64,000 nucleotides of DNA from Cycas panzhihuaensis (Eukaryota; Plantae; Cycadophyta). The position numbers and the translations under genes are program-made. This document shows, piece after piece, positions 38,244 through 52,490 of the stretch (positions are counted from its first letter, which is position 1; every line of letters begins with the position of its first letter). The stretch covers positions 208,637,741 to 208,701,740 of the forward strand of contig CM041465.1 of assembly GCA_023213395.1 (NCBI GenBank), written 5' to 3'. Below the pieces are notes generated by a model. It made no database searches and had not been told where the DNA came from. It worked only from the letters and a program-made list of their open reading frames with translations.

Positions 38244-41200
38244 CGTTTAATCAGGAGACAGAAGGCAGATATCAGAACTCAACAACTTTATTGAGGGAAT
38301 GAGTTTCTTAAATACATGACTAGGTTGGTATCCGTTATAACTTGACGTGTAACCAACACCTAACAATATGACACATGTCATCATTACATACATTAATTAC
38401 GTGGTTAATGATAAAACATTACCTCTCTACACCCTCTCTTAATGTTTTATCTCTTTCAAACCTATTTTGTTTCTCAAAAACTAGAGTTTTTCTTTTCCTA
38501 AAGATTTTGTCAACAGATCTACAGTTTGTTCTGCAATAGGACAATATTCCAGTTTAATTTCTTTATAAAGTGATGATGTACTTCTATGTGCTTAGTTCTG
38601 GCATGAAGAACAGGATTTTTAGTCAGCTTGATAGCACTTTGATTATCACAGGTTGTATCTCAATTAGAAGCTGCCGGAGCCATACTGCTTCACAGGTGGT
38701 TGTTACTGCTGCTTTATACTTTGCTTCAGTTGATGAGAGTGCGATAGTGGGTTGCTTTTTGCTACACCATGAAATTGCAGCTGATCCTAGGAAGAGACAA
38801 TATCCACTGGTTGACTTCCTTTGATCTTTATCACCTGCCCAATCTGAGTCACAATATCCTATAAGTTCTGCTAATTCCTTTTTTGAGTAGACTAATTTCA
38901 ATTTTTTTGTGCTCCGCAAGTATCTCAATATTCTCCAGGTTGCCTTCCAATGTCTAACTCTAGATTCTTGCATGTATTTGGAAAGTAATCCAACAGAGTA
39001 AGATATATCAGGTCTGGTAGTCATGAGATAGATCAGACTTCCAATTAATTGTCTATATAAGGTGACATCAACTGTCTATTCTCTCTCGTCAGGTACTAAG
39101 TTGCAGTTGATCTCCATGGGGGTAGCACAAGGATTGCAATCTGTCATTCTGAACCTTTCCAGCAAATCTTTTATGTATTTACTTTGTGAGATGGAAATGT
39201 ATCCCTTCTATTGACTTACTTCCATTCCCAAATAGTAACTGAGAGAACCAAGGTCAGTCATTTAAAATTTCTGTTCTAACTATCCCTTTGTTTCTATAAT
39301 TGTTTTGTCATCATTTCCTCTCAATATCATATCATCTACATAAACAACAATTATAGTGATTTATTCATTTCTTTTCTTTGTGTACAGGCTGGAATCTGCA
39401 TTATAACGTTGTAAACCATTATTGCATAGATGTTGATCCAATTTGGCGTACCATGCACGAGGAGCTTGCTTTAGTCCGTACAATGCCTTTTTTAATTTGC
39501 ACACTAATTGTTCTTGTCCTTTCTTGACATATCCTTCGGGTTGTGCCATGTATACGTCTTCTTCAAGATCACCATTTAAAAAAGCACTCTTCAGATCTAG
39601 TTGGAAAATTTTCCAGTTGTGCAATGCTGCAAGTGCTATCACAGCCCCATCAGATTCAACTTGGCCACAGGTAAGAAGGTTTCTTCCAAATCAATTCCAG
39701 TTGTTTGAGTATAACCTTTTGCCACCAAACAGGCCTTATATTTTTTAACATTTCCATCTGCACCTTCTTTAATTTTGTATACCCATCTGCAATTAACTAC
39801 AGATTTGTTTGAGGGAAGTTCTACTAATTCCCATGTCTGATTCTTGTTAATCGAATCCATTTCAGCATCCATTGCTGCCTTCCATTGTGATTGATTTTGG
39901 GCCTCTTGAAATGATTGGGGTTCAACTCTACTAAGCAAGGCTTTTGGTTTTTGCCCTCTCGTTCTGTGATCAAATGTATTTCCCCCTTCTTCAATGGTCT
40001 TAATGAACCATTTGAGCAATTTCTTTTCATTTTTTGAGTGTTCTCTTGTTCCTGCGGGCTCTAGATATGATTCTGGTTCCTGTGTTGTGCTTCCTTCTTC
40101 GCTTGAGTCTTCGTGAGATGGGCATGGCATGATTTCTTCAGTAGTGACATCTGAGATTTCTTTACTTGAATTCTCCATATCTTCTTCTATTATCCTAATT
40201 TAAGACTGGGAATTCAAGTTTCCTTCATCAAAAACTACATCTCTAATGACATATATTTTGTTTGTTTTGGGATCAATACATTTATATGCCTTTGAATTTT
40301 TACTATATCCTATCATAATGTATTCAATGCTCTTTGCATCAATTTTTGACTTGTTTTTGTCTGGTATGTGCACATATGCTTGGCTACCAAATACTTTAAA
40401 AGAGTTGACATCAAGTTTTTTACCTATCCATGCTTCTTCTGGTATGATATTTTCCAATACTTTGGTTGGACTTCTATTTACAAGATAACAAGTTGTATTC
40501 ACGGCTTCTGCCCAATATGACTTGGGAACCTGCTTTTGATGCACCATGCTACGAACCATTTCCATCAGAGTTCTATTTTTCCTTTCAGCAACTCCGTTAG
40601 ACTATGGAGTGTAGGGAGTGGTGATTTGTCTTTGAATTCCATTCTTTTTGCAATAAGTCATAAACTCACTGGAGATATATTCACCTCCTCCATCTGGTTT
40701 GATACACTTTATTTTGGATTTCGAATCAAGTTCTACTTCTACGTTAAATTCTTTAAAGATTTCAAAGACCTCTGATTTATTATGCAAAAAATATACTTAG
40801 ACTTTTCTAGTGAAATCATCAATGAAGGTTAAGAAGTACTTGCAACCATTTATTGAAATTGTTGTAATTGGCCCACATAGATCTGTGTGGATTAGTTCCA
40901 GTTTATTTTGTGATCTCCATTTACTTTCTTTGGGTGATTTTTTCCAAATTGGCATCCTTCACATACAAAATTTTCTGAAGTAATGTTATGTAATCCATGC
41001 ACCACGTCATATTTTTTTCATTTTCCTTAAAGTTCTTATTGGAAGATGTCCATACTTCAAATGCCACATTTTATTATCAAGATTCATAGCAGTACAAGCT
41101 TTTGGACAGGGTATTACAAGATTTGAAACTAATTTGTATAGATCATTGCTCCTAATGCCTTTGGCAATGGTTTCCGCATTATTTTTCATGTCCAGTATTA

Positions 41201-42536
41201 GATAGAGGCCTTCTTCATCAAACACAGTTCTTAGCCCTTTCTTGCTGAGTTGTGAGATAGACAAAAGATTCATTTTGAGATTAGGAACCCATAGAACATT
41301 TCCAATTTTTTTTACATTACCTTGTACACAAACAGAAACAATACCCACTCCCTTAATTTCTAGTGGATATTTGTCACCCAATCTTACTGATCTGCTGATG
41401 TCATAGGGTTTCAGACTTTCACCAATCTTGACTATTTGCCATGTGTCGTGGAGCTCCAGAGTCGATAAACCACATATCAGTTTCCTTTAATCCTGCTAAC
41501 AAGGCAACTATGAATGTTGTCTCTTCTTCATCTTCTTCAGTTTGTTCTTTGTTGTAGTTCCCCACTGGCCTTTTCCCTCTCCGAATGTCTACTCTTCTCT
41601 GGGGACATTGATATGGATAATGTCCTATCTGTCCACAATGATAACACATGTCAAATGCTCTGTAGGTACTGGTGAAGTGTCAAGATTTGCTACAATTAAA
41701 ACATATTTTGGAATCACGACTTCTTCCACGTCCTCTGTTGTCCAAATATCATCCACGAGCAAAATTTTTGGAATCTAGAGATTGTCCTCTTCTAGTTCGG
41801 ACAGGATTTCCCCAGCACTCAACAATCCATTTCTAAGAGAGGTGACTTTGTGTATGAATTCTATCACAGTTTCATGCTCTCTCATGTGTAATTTATACAA
41901 TTCTTCCTTCAAAGTGAATATCCGAGCTTTATTTTTTTGACCAAACAAATTTTCGAAACATTTCCAAATGCTTGATGTGGAGGTTAGTTTTTCAACATAT
42001 ACCAACATAGAGTCTAATATTGATAGTTTGAGAATGATAACACCTGCATTCTCTCTTTCTAACCAACTAGGTAGGATTGCATTGACATCGTTCGCCTTGA
42101 TTTCATTCTCGAGAGCAATATTCCAAGGATTTCGAGCCCTAAGTAGGGTTTCAATCTTAATTTTCCAGATATGATAGTTATTCTCAGTAAGTTTATCCTA
42201 TTTTGAGAGTCCAAATAGAGGAGCAGCCATCATAAATGTAGAGAGAGGAGACGGGATTGATCTAATCGTACAATTGTACGGATTCCCATACAAAACCCTA
42301 AGTGTATGGATTAGGGCAAGTTATACCTCAAAAGATAGGTTTTTCCGTCGTCTATCTGGATCTGGACTCAGTTTTGTAAAATTGTTTCTCAGATTGAAGA
42401 AATCAGCCTCGAACAACTACACAGATGACTAGGTTTTTGAGACATTTTTGCAAAATTCTGCTAAAAAACTCAATGAATTCAAAGGAAAATGAATGGAATC
42501 ACTTAATAATAAATATTTGGAGCTATAAATGCCCAG
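38244..42536 (-). mobile_element. Copia-E: near-complete gag-pol with short 3' LTR (~38244-38431); 5' LTR and PBS missing
   Basis: Gag ATG ~42233, knuckle CYHCGQIGHYPYQC, WFIDSGA, integrase, QLDLKSAFLNG and GYCDSDWAG. PPT complement CCCTCTCTT at 38432. Confidence 0.85.
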
Positions 42537-42595
42537 CTGGGAGCTCTTTTTTCCAAATCCCTGGGAGCTCTTTTTTCCAAATCCCTGGGAGCTCT
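42537..42595. repeat. 24-bp tandem repeat, 2.5 copies
   Basis: CTGGGAGCTCTTTTTTCCAAATCC at 42537 and 42561, partial copy at 42585. Confidence 0.92.
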
Positions 42596-45500
42596 AAATC
42601 TATGCTATAGCTCTTCATCGGCACTCTACAACTCCTTGGAAGGTGCCTCATCTCATTGCGGGTCCCACGCATTTGTCTCAAGACCATACATCACCCTTTT
42701 AGTCTATATGCAACTCCACATCCACAGTTGTATGTGCACCCAATTGACTAATTTTTTTTAGTCTTGTTTCTCTATTGATTGCTCTTACGGCCGTGTAACA
42801 CTCAATGTATCATTATTGGACTGTTATGGGCCCAACCAACTAGTCTTAGTTGAATCCAAGCTGTACCGAGGCAAATTGAATGACCTGCTATTCGTGTGCC
42901 TCTCATCATTGTGAAATCCTCTGTACTTTCTCCACAAAGCACCAAATCGCTCAAAGTGAGTCTAAAAATGATTATGCTTAGTTGAGAAACCCAGATCTAT
43001 AGTCAAATCTGAGATTTGATCAGCCATTTGATCGGATTTTTCATCTGTTCGATTAAACTTTCAGCCATCGTTCGTTGCCATAAATCTGTTTTTCGAAAAG
43101 AAATTTCAAATTCAACTTTGTTTTTTTTAACCTGAGGTTACACATTTGAGAATATGCTCCTTTTAATATTCTTCCTTTACCTAAAGTTTCTTTTTTCAAA
43201 GTAATATTTAATTGATATTTTATCATTTAAAGGTTGCTTACTCACTTTTTTAAATTTTGAGTTCACTTTTTCACATTAAAAAAAAATTGCATGAGCAAAT
43301 AGTGACTCAATAAGTGATTTTTAGCATTATTTTCATTGTAAATGTGAAAAAATTTCACTTCTTTAAGTACTTTCCTAAGGCTCCTTGCATGATGACCTAG
43401 TACCCTAGTCAAAAAGGGTTCAAGAATTCACCTTTCTTGATAAAACATCACTCATTTTTCTTGGATGGTTAGGACTATTTAAAGTCCTAACACTTGGTTG
43501 TTGTTGTTTACTTTGGTAAGTGACTCATTTCATCTTCAAGTTGATCATTTTTCATTAAAAACGAAACCCCTTGCTATATCACATTAAGCAAAAAACTTGG
43601 TTTTTACTTGGTTTTGTAAGCACTTTTCTTATTTTTTAAAGTGCCTTTGTAAACACACTTGTTGTGTTCTTAATGTACATCATTGCTTCCATTTAAAGCT
43701 CATTGTAAGCTGTTTTATAAAGTATTTTTTGACAAATATATCTACCAAGTAAAATCTACCTAAAGTCAACTTTAACAATCTTACAAAGTGACTTTAAAAT
43801 TTGGTGGGAGAGGTTCGAAAAAGGTTAAATCCTTGCCTCTAAAGGAAAGCATTATAAAACATTAGGTGCATGACAATTAAGGTTAGCATATGACAATTAA
43901 GGTTTCTTGAGGAAAATGAGGTTTGAAAACGGTATTATTGGGGTTATGAATCCCAAGGAAAGCATAGTATGTCCATGCAGATCAACTCTATTTGCATTGT
44001 TCTAGATTTGACTTGGTCAACTATTGGATCTCTTTTATGGATCAAGGTTGGACCAACTTTATAGCCTAGTTCTCCACCCCTCATCATTCTCTTCAATTAT
44101 TAGATTTTCTAGTAAGATTAGGACTGTTGGTTTGTTAGAAGGTGGAACTTCAGTGACAAAAGCTTAGAGTTTCCAAGTTTATCTGCTAGCTTCAAGAGTT
44201 TTACGACTTAAACATGACTGCTATAAACATGCTCAATGCATATACCACTAAATTGATTGGACAAGATAATTATCAAGAATGAAAATAACAAACTTAAAAT
44301 ATGTTGATCATGAATGAATTTTGGGGATATGTTTCTGGTAAAATTCTCAAACCTATACCTGTGCGAAGTGAGATTGATGAAAATGTCATTGTTCATCTAG
44401 ATCCAGATCTTGTTGTTGTTTGGGAATCCAAAGATGAAATTGCCTTGGATTTTTTGCATATGATCATTGATGTGAATGTTGATCAAAATATTGATGTGTT
44501 GAGACTTCTAAGGAAGCTTGGGACACTTTGTTCTAATTATATGAAAGGCGAGATGAAGCTCGCATTATGATGGTTAAAGCCAAACTCTACTTGAAATTTG
44601 TAAGGCCTATGTTAGCATTTTTTTCTTCAATCAAAGAGATTTGTAATGAGTTGAACACAGTAGGTAAACCAACTTCTAGAGACGAGCTTGTGACAACAAT
44701 TGTGCATGCATTGCTTAAAGACTATAATGGATTCATTTCATCCATTACTCACGATAGCTCACTTTCAACAATAACTTTCAATCAACTTGAAAGTTTACTT
44801 CTTCAAGAGGAGCAAATTTACCTAAGGGAAGATGAGGAGCCATCTATGTCAGCAGCATTTACGGCTAAGTTAAAGGCCAAACAAGGTCCCAAACTTTCAC
44901 TCACAAAATAGTTTGGGAACATGAACATTGGCACTTCAAAAGCCAATGTAATCTATCATTATTGTGGCAAAGTTGGCCACATAGCTCCTGAATGTCGAAA
45001 GAAGCAAGTTGATCTCCAACAATCTAGATATCAACAGCCACGTTAGTAGCAGCAGAGGCAACAATAGCCTCGTTAACAGTTCCAACAACAACTACATTTC
45101 TAGTAATAGCAATAGCAACAACAACCCCCTCAACCAAATTGAGGTGCTTATCGAGGAGGTCAAAGAGGAAGGGGGGTTTCAAAGGTGGCAATCAACGCCA
45201 CTCAAACCTGTTTGCAGATGAAGATAAGCTCTTTTGTGCTTATCACACTTCAGATGTTGATCAAACATGGATCATTGATTCGGGAGCATCTCGTCATATG
45301 ACAGAAAGTGAAGGACTCTTATATGACATCAAAGAAGGAATGGGTCAATCAGCCACATTTGGCAAAAATGAATCCATACAGATTTCAGGTATAGGCAAAT
45401 TTGTCTCTTTTCATTCACCTGCCAATCTTTCTTCCACATTTCCTACTGGAGATGCCTATTTTATCCCTTCAATGGAGAAGAATCTACTATCTGTTAGTGA

Positions 45501-48500
45501 ATTGGATAAACAACAGATGAGCGTTTTGTTTTAAAGTGGGAAATGCACTATTAGTGACAAGTATGCTCAAGTGGTAGCCATTGGTCATGAAGACCATGGA
45601 CTTTATAAGATGGATGCAAATAATATCACACTTATACAACATACTCAGTCACTCAATCAATGTCAAAGATTCAACTTTGGCATCAATGTCTAGGCCATTT
45701 GAGCTTAGATAATATCAAGATGATGGTGAACAAAAACATGGTGCATGGGCTTCCAAGACTTTATGGATCAAAATGTCTTTGTGAAGCTTTCATAATGGGG
45801 ACACAACATCGACAGCCTTTTCCTAAAGGTAAAGCATGGCATGCATCACATCCCTTGTAGTTGATCCACTCAGATTTATATGGACCTATGTCCATGGCAT
45901 CTTTAGGAGGAGCATTGTACTACATTTCCTTCATAGATGACTTTTCACACAAAGTTTGGGTTTATTTTATCAGATAGAAATTTGAGGCATTTCAAAAGTT
46001 CAAAGAATTCAAACTTGAAATGGAGAATGAATCTAGCCGCTCAATCAAGATTTTAAGGTCAGACAATGGAGGTGAATTCACTTCTAAGGAATTCATCCAA
46101 TTCTGCAAAGACAATGACATTCGAAGACAACTCATGATTCAACATACTCCTCAATAAAATGGAGTTTCAGAGTGAAGGAATAGGACTTTGGCAAACAAAG
46201 CCAAAGCCATGATGCATGCAAAAGCACTATCTCGAGCATACTGAGCAGAAGCATTCCATACAGCTGCCTATGTGGCTAATCAGAGTCCTACATCAGCAAT
46301 CACAAACATCACACCAGAAGAGGCTAGGTCTGGCAAAAGGCCTACTGTTAGCCATTTGAGGACCTTTGGGTGTACTGCTTATATGCGCATCCCTAATCAG
46401 TAAAGATCAGAGCTAGATAAATATAGTCTTAATTGTATTTTTGTAGGCTATGCCATTCACAACAAGGCATACAAATTGTATGATCCCATTGCTAGGAAAA
46501 TGCATCTCTCAAGAGATGTTATCTTTGCTAAAGATGATCATAAGGAGTTGGAACAAGCATCCATCCAACCTCCCATTAACAAAGGCAAAAAGATTGTTGA
46601 GGACTTCCTTCCCTCTCAATCTTCCACACCATGTACATCATTTGCATAGATTATTCCTTCTTTGTCATCAGAGTCTGCTCCACTTGATCCCAACACATCT
46701 TCTATTGATCAACCACTCTGACTAGAAGATCTTGAGGTTCAAGTCACATCAGTCAAGAAGTTGCCCAAATGGTACACTCAGACTATTCAGGACAGCCAAA
46801 AACATCCATGCAAGATGTGGTAGCAAACCAATTATGCACTTATGGCTGAAGTGCTATGTGTTGATGAGCCTTCCACTTTTGAGGAGGCATATGAAAATGA
46901 AAATTGGAAGACTGCCATGGATGAAAAAATTCATTCTATTGAGAAGAATGGAACTTGGGATTTGTTAGAATTGCCTAAGCATAAAGATACAATCAGTTGC
47001 AAATGGGTTTACAAGGCCAAATTCCACTCTGATGATACACTTAAGCAGCAAAAGTCATGACTTGTTGCAAAGGGCTTCAAACAAAAAGAAGGCATTGACT
47101 ATGAGGACACTTTTGCACTTGTTGTGAACATGAACACCATCAAACTCATCTTGGTCTTAGCTACTCAATGCAAATGGCTAGTTTATCAGATGGACGTGAA
47201 GAGCACCTTCCTCAATGGCGATCTTCAAGAGGAGGTATATTTGGAGCAACCTCCTGGTTACAAAGTACAAGGCAAGGAACATTTGGTTTGTCGTCTCAAA
47301 AAGGCTTTATATGGCTTGAAACAATTTCTTGAGACATGCATTTCATTGATCCACATCAAATCCTAACTTATATATTAAAGTTGGGAAGGACCATGCCATT
47401 TGTATTGTCTTGTCTGTTGATGACTTAGTGATCACTAGAAATGACACTAAGATGATTGAGATTCTCCAAGGTGACTTGAAGAGAAGTTTTGAGATGACAG
47501 ATCTTGGACTTCTCCATTATTTTTTAGGCTTTGAGGTATGGCAATAGCTAGGATATATCTTCATCTCCTAAGCAAAATACTCTTGGGACATTTTGTAGCG
47601 GTTCAGAATACATGACTGCAAACCAACGCCTATGCCTATGGAGAATGGAACAAAGCTAACTCTCAATGAGGAAGCTGAACCTGCAAATCCCACTCTTTTT
47701 TGGCAACTAGTTGGCAACCTAATCTACCTCACCAACACTAGATCGAACATTTCATTTGTTGTAGGGATTTGTTCTAGGTACATGTCTCACCCCAATCAGA
47801 AACATTGGAATGCAGTTAAATGCATACTGAAATATATCAAAGGCACATTGCAGCATGGCCTTCAGTATGTGCATAATGAAAACTTCATCTTAGAAGGGTT
47901 CTCAGGTTCTAATTGGGCAGGATGCCAAGATAGTCGAAGATCAATCTCTATTTATTGTTTTACCCTTGGTTCTGGAGTCATTTCATGGAGTTGCAAGAAA
48001 CAACCCAATGTTACCTTATCATCCATGGAAGCAGAGTACAAAGTTATAGTTAGCACAGCTTGTGAGGCTATTTGGCTACGACGGATTCTTGGAGAGCTTG
48101 GACTTGAACAAAATCACCCCACTAGGTTGTATTGCAATAATCAAAGTGTGCTCAAGTTGACTAAGAATCCTATTTTTCATGCACGGACCAAACACATAGA
48201 GGTTCATCACCATTTCATTAGAGAGCATGTTTAGAACGATGAGATCAACCTCCACTACAAACCTACAAAGCAGCAGGCAACAGATATCTTTACCAAGCCA
48301 CTTGGTAGAGAAAAGTTTGTAAAATTTAGAGAAGTTCTAGGTGTTTGACTTAACATTGTAAATAGTAAGGGGGGGGGGGGTGTAAAACCTTATGTTTACA
48401 TGTTAAGTTAATGTACTTTATCATTCATGTATTATTTCTACTTTATGGGATGACTTATCACTTAAGTGATAAAGTGCACATCCACATTCTTTCCTAGTGA

Positions 48501-48843
48501 TATGACATTGCGACTTAAGGGGCAAAATGACCCTTATGCACTTTTGCTCACTTGAGAGCCCAAAAGGACACATGTCCTACATGCAAATGATGTAGCTTGG
48601 ATGTTTGACATTTGTCAAACATCGAACACCTTAGGTATCTTCTGTAACTCTATATATTGAGACCATTTCTCATGTATCTCATATATAAAGTGTGAGTCAA
48701 TTGTTATGCTGCTAGTTTGCTAATCAAACTGTTATTCACTTGGAGAGTGGACCAATTCCATCTCCTCCATATCTTGGTATTGTTTTGCTCATGCTCTTTC
48801 ATGCTTTGGTTCATTATCTTGTTTATTTGAATAGCTTTTAATA
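42596..48843 (+). mobile_element. Copia-F: gag-pol remnants with 3' LTR (48381-~48843); 5' LTR and PBS not found
   Basis: Gag ~44215-45200, WIIDSGASRHM, integrase 45860-46520, QMDVKSTFLNG, RNase H to ~48350. Poly-G PPT 48369-48380 followed by TGTAAAA. The left boundary is inferred. Confidence 0.85.
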
Positions 48844-48845
48844 TT

Positions 48846-49744
48846 GATATTAATCATCTTCTTTCTAGAGCAAGATTAGTACTCCTTTCTTGATCCTATT
48901 TATTGTAGGCATTAAGCCACTTCTAACAACCTTCACACAATGGACTTCAATATCCTCTCCCTTCATCTTACGTATCTTGCTTCTTTTTGTTACAATTTGC
49001 TTCCTTATGGCGAACATTCTTGCAGTAGTTACGAGTTCCATTGAACCTCTTCTTCTTCTTCAGCTTCTGGTTTTTTGAAGTTCTGGACTTCTATAGACCT
49101 CTTTCCTTCTAATTACTTCCCAACCCCTATGTTTTCATCTCCAAGGTGTGATTGGATTCAAAACTTTGAAATAAATGATGATGCTTTAGCTTAGCATCCT
49201 TGTCTAGAATAAGGGTTTTTAGCTCATCAAATTTCAAATCTTCCATAGTAACATCCTTTGCAAAGATAGTTTGAAACATAATGAATGCAACTGGAAACCT
49301 CCACATGGTAATAGTAAACAATAGGTCTTTATCAATAGATTCTAGTTTAGTTGCCTCGACTTTATTTCTCAAATCTATCACCTTGTTAAGGTAGACATTA
49401 ATATTGTTCTTATCTTTGATGATAGTATTCAACAATTCCATCAATAGAGCAACACGATGATTTGATTTTGTTCTCTCAAAGGTCTTAGACATCTTTGTCC
49501 AAATTTCATTCAACGTTTCGAGGTTACGAGTTAGTGCTTTTTGATCTGGGGTGAGAGATAGAGCCAACAAACCAATTGCCATGAATTTGTTCTCTTCCAT
49601 TTGTGTTCTCTCCTTCTCATCAAAGGGAATAGAAAGAATTGGATTTGTGGTGATCGTCCATAACTAATTTACCATCAAATGTAGTTCTATCCTTCATACA
49701 TTGAAGTTGTTACCATTGAAAATGACTGTCAACAACATTTCCAT
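48846..49744 (-). pseudogene. Copia-A gag
   Basis: MEMLLTVIFNGNNF...NHRVALLMELLN, homologous to ORFs 61969-62745. Confidence 0.85.
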
Positions 49745-51328
49745 GGTGAAATCTAAAGATAATATGAATGCTACTTTTAAACGAACACCTCCACAGACCA
49801 AATGACTCAAAAAAATCACCTCAACACTAATAAATGTGGCCCACATGTTTGCCAAATGTGTCCCTTACAACTTGGTTTGTGTCCACAACCTCTTTTCCTA
49901 ACCCCAACATGCCCAATGTGGCTTGAAATAGTCTTGACAAGCAATAAATGGCTCAAAATTGGCTTGAAATTGATAAAGTGACCTCTCAACAGGCTCCCTC
50001 TATCAAAAAATGACTACTACATAGTGCTAAGAGAGTGTATATCAAAGTCTCAATAGTAAATGAGAACCATGTGGCAAGAATATGGACTGCACATCGTTTG
50101 ATAGGCCAAAATGATCTCCAAAGTGCCAAAAAATGGCTCATTTTGGCTTCAACTATCCATGGACTTATGTGTTTTTGGCTTCAACGGTTGATAAACACAA
50201 TCAGAAGGCCACAACAACCATCACACAACATCTACTGAACACCATGCACACCCACCATAGTGTGGAGGCCAGAAGCGATGAAAAAATAATGAATAACCAC
50301 AAAAAAATCACTTGTATCTGCTTTGTATGGTGGTAAATTCATGTGATATTTGTTGTAGTAGATAGATATTAGATTTTCACCATAATTGTGATTGAAAATT
50401 TGCTCGAATAAAAGAATTTTTATAGTAAATGGAGAGCCAATATGTTCCCAAGGACCGTTGCCCTTCACACAACCATTGTGGCTTTTAAAGTCAATGTTTT
50501 CTTTTTTATTTTCAGGTTGCCCAATGTCAAATATGCTACTTGTATGCCAATGTTTTAACATTAGGCACTCAAAAATAATTAAAAAAAACATTTTTTGAGT
50601 AAACAAAGCATGGAGACTTATAAAAGGTCATTGCCCCTCCAATATGGCCATGCGACTTTAGATATAAAAACGAAGGCTTCAAACAAAGAAAAAACTCTGC
50701 AAGTGGCTAAGATTCAGACCAAAACACATTATTTTGACACTCAAGATGATTTTAGCAAAGCCAATGAAGAGAAACAAGTAGAAACAAGGAAGATATGCTT
50801 CGTTTTTCTTCAAGAATGGCTCAAAATCCTTCATGAGATGACCAACACACACTGTCTAACCTCTGAAATAAGTCCATATTCATTTAGAATCCTCTATAGC
50901 TCAAACATAGACACTAGATGGCTTTCGGTTCTTTCCAACAAGCTCCCATAGGTTTCCATCAAGCAAAAATAGCCTTTGAATAGTGAAAAAATCGATACTC
51001 TTCAGCCTCTTATTGATAGAACAATCCCAAACTCTTTTGGAGGTTATTGATCAACCATACAGTATCGTACGCTCCCCAAACATGAACACTCACACACGTA
51101 TGAAGCTTCAATGATGAAAAATCATAAAAAACAGGCAGAAAATGAGTTCAATATGGCTTATTTTCTCCATAAGACTAATTATTTCCATCATTTTTGTTCT
51201 CCAAGGTATCAGAAAAGATCAAGGCTAATTTATTTGACTCTAGTCATGTTACCAACCCTGTCAATGGCATGGTTTGGTTCTCAATAGCATCATAAAGCTA
51301 TGTAGGATCCTGGACAACTCTAATACCA

Positions 51329-51756
51329 TGTGAGAATTTGAACATACTTAGGCTTGTCTTGATGCCATGTGAATCCTTGCCAGATCATTTCATCATTTGC
51401 ATAGTGAAAAACAACACACCATATAAGATAACAATCATATAAAAGACATAGGTTTACATGGGAAAACCCTTTCGAGGAAAAATACACTCACAATATCGAT
51501 GATTTATTAGAAATGCCAACGTAACATCACTGGATGGTTTGAAAACTAATTCAATGATTTGCCAACCCTACCTAGGATCCCTTTTATAGGACTCCAAATG
51601 GTACATCTAGCTAAGAGCTATGACTCTTCACACAGGTTCAAGACTCTTCTGAAGGGTTGTATCTCTAATGGAATTTGTTCTATTACATTCATCGCTCACC
51701 ATCACATGAAGCTTTAATAGCTGCCACATATTAACCCTTAACCGTGTTTGCAAACA
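51329..51756 (-). repeat. Copia-A 5' LTR
   Basis: Adjacent iMet-type PBS (TGGTATTAGAG on the minus strand); flanked by TSD ATGTA. Confidence 0.92.
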
Positions 51757-52089
51757 ATGTACATAATTTTTTTACTTTGATATTTACGTGTACAACTAAC
51801 AAGTGTGGGACTAAGCTTTTGGTTTGTTAAGCTACTTATCATATTTTATGACTTGTTAACACATGCCATTTTACATTGTGTCTTGTCAAGCAAGTAACTT
51901 TGCTTTATGACATGTGGAAATTATATGCCTTCCTCTTTAGCTTTCCACTACCATCTATTTCATCACTTCTTGATAAAGTTGTGAGTATTGTGAATACAAC
52001 TTGAAGAAGTGTTCATCATCCAATACTACTTGACGAGTGCCACATTTCTTGAGTTTCAATATAGATTGCAATCCATGAAGTGATTGTTT

Positions 52090-52490
52090 AGGTTTTCCCT
52101 GTAGCTAATCAAGTCATATCATACACCCTATTTTTAAAGGGGGGATGCTGTGGATATGGGGAACTATAGAACCATCATGATAGGGAATACTATGGCTAAG
52201 TTCTATGCCATCATATTAGAGACCCACATTTTTGAGTTGGTGGATAGGAGGGAGCTTAGTGTTAGAGGCCAGGTGGGTTTTTGATTAGATCAAACCATTT
52301 GACACATCCTCACATGTCTAACCATTATTTAAGAAAGGAGATACAAAGGCTTGAAGGTCTACTATTGTTTCATTGACTTTAAAAAAGCCATGGACATAGT
52401 CCCCAAACACCTTTTGATGCAATGCTTTTAGGACTTGGGCATTTCCATGGGGATCATCTTAGCAGTGATGCCTTTATACAAGAGGGCGGT
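52090..52490 (+). mobile_element. Non-LTR retrotransposon (LINE) RT fragment
   Basis: Manual translation across frameshifts gives HPIFKGGD..GNYRTIMIG..AKFY..RGQVGF..VYYCFIDFKKAMDIVP, typical of LINE RT domains 0-3. Confidence 0.85.

Larger units (their letters stand above)
6772..51756 (-). mobile_element. Copia-A: old Ty1/copia element hosting nested insertions
   Basis: LTRs 6772-7203 and 51329-51756. TSD ATGTA (6767-6771, 51757-51761). PBS complement CTCTAATACCA at 51318-51328. PPT complement AACCCCCTT just after 7203. Copia domain order on the minus strand. Confidence 0.93.
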
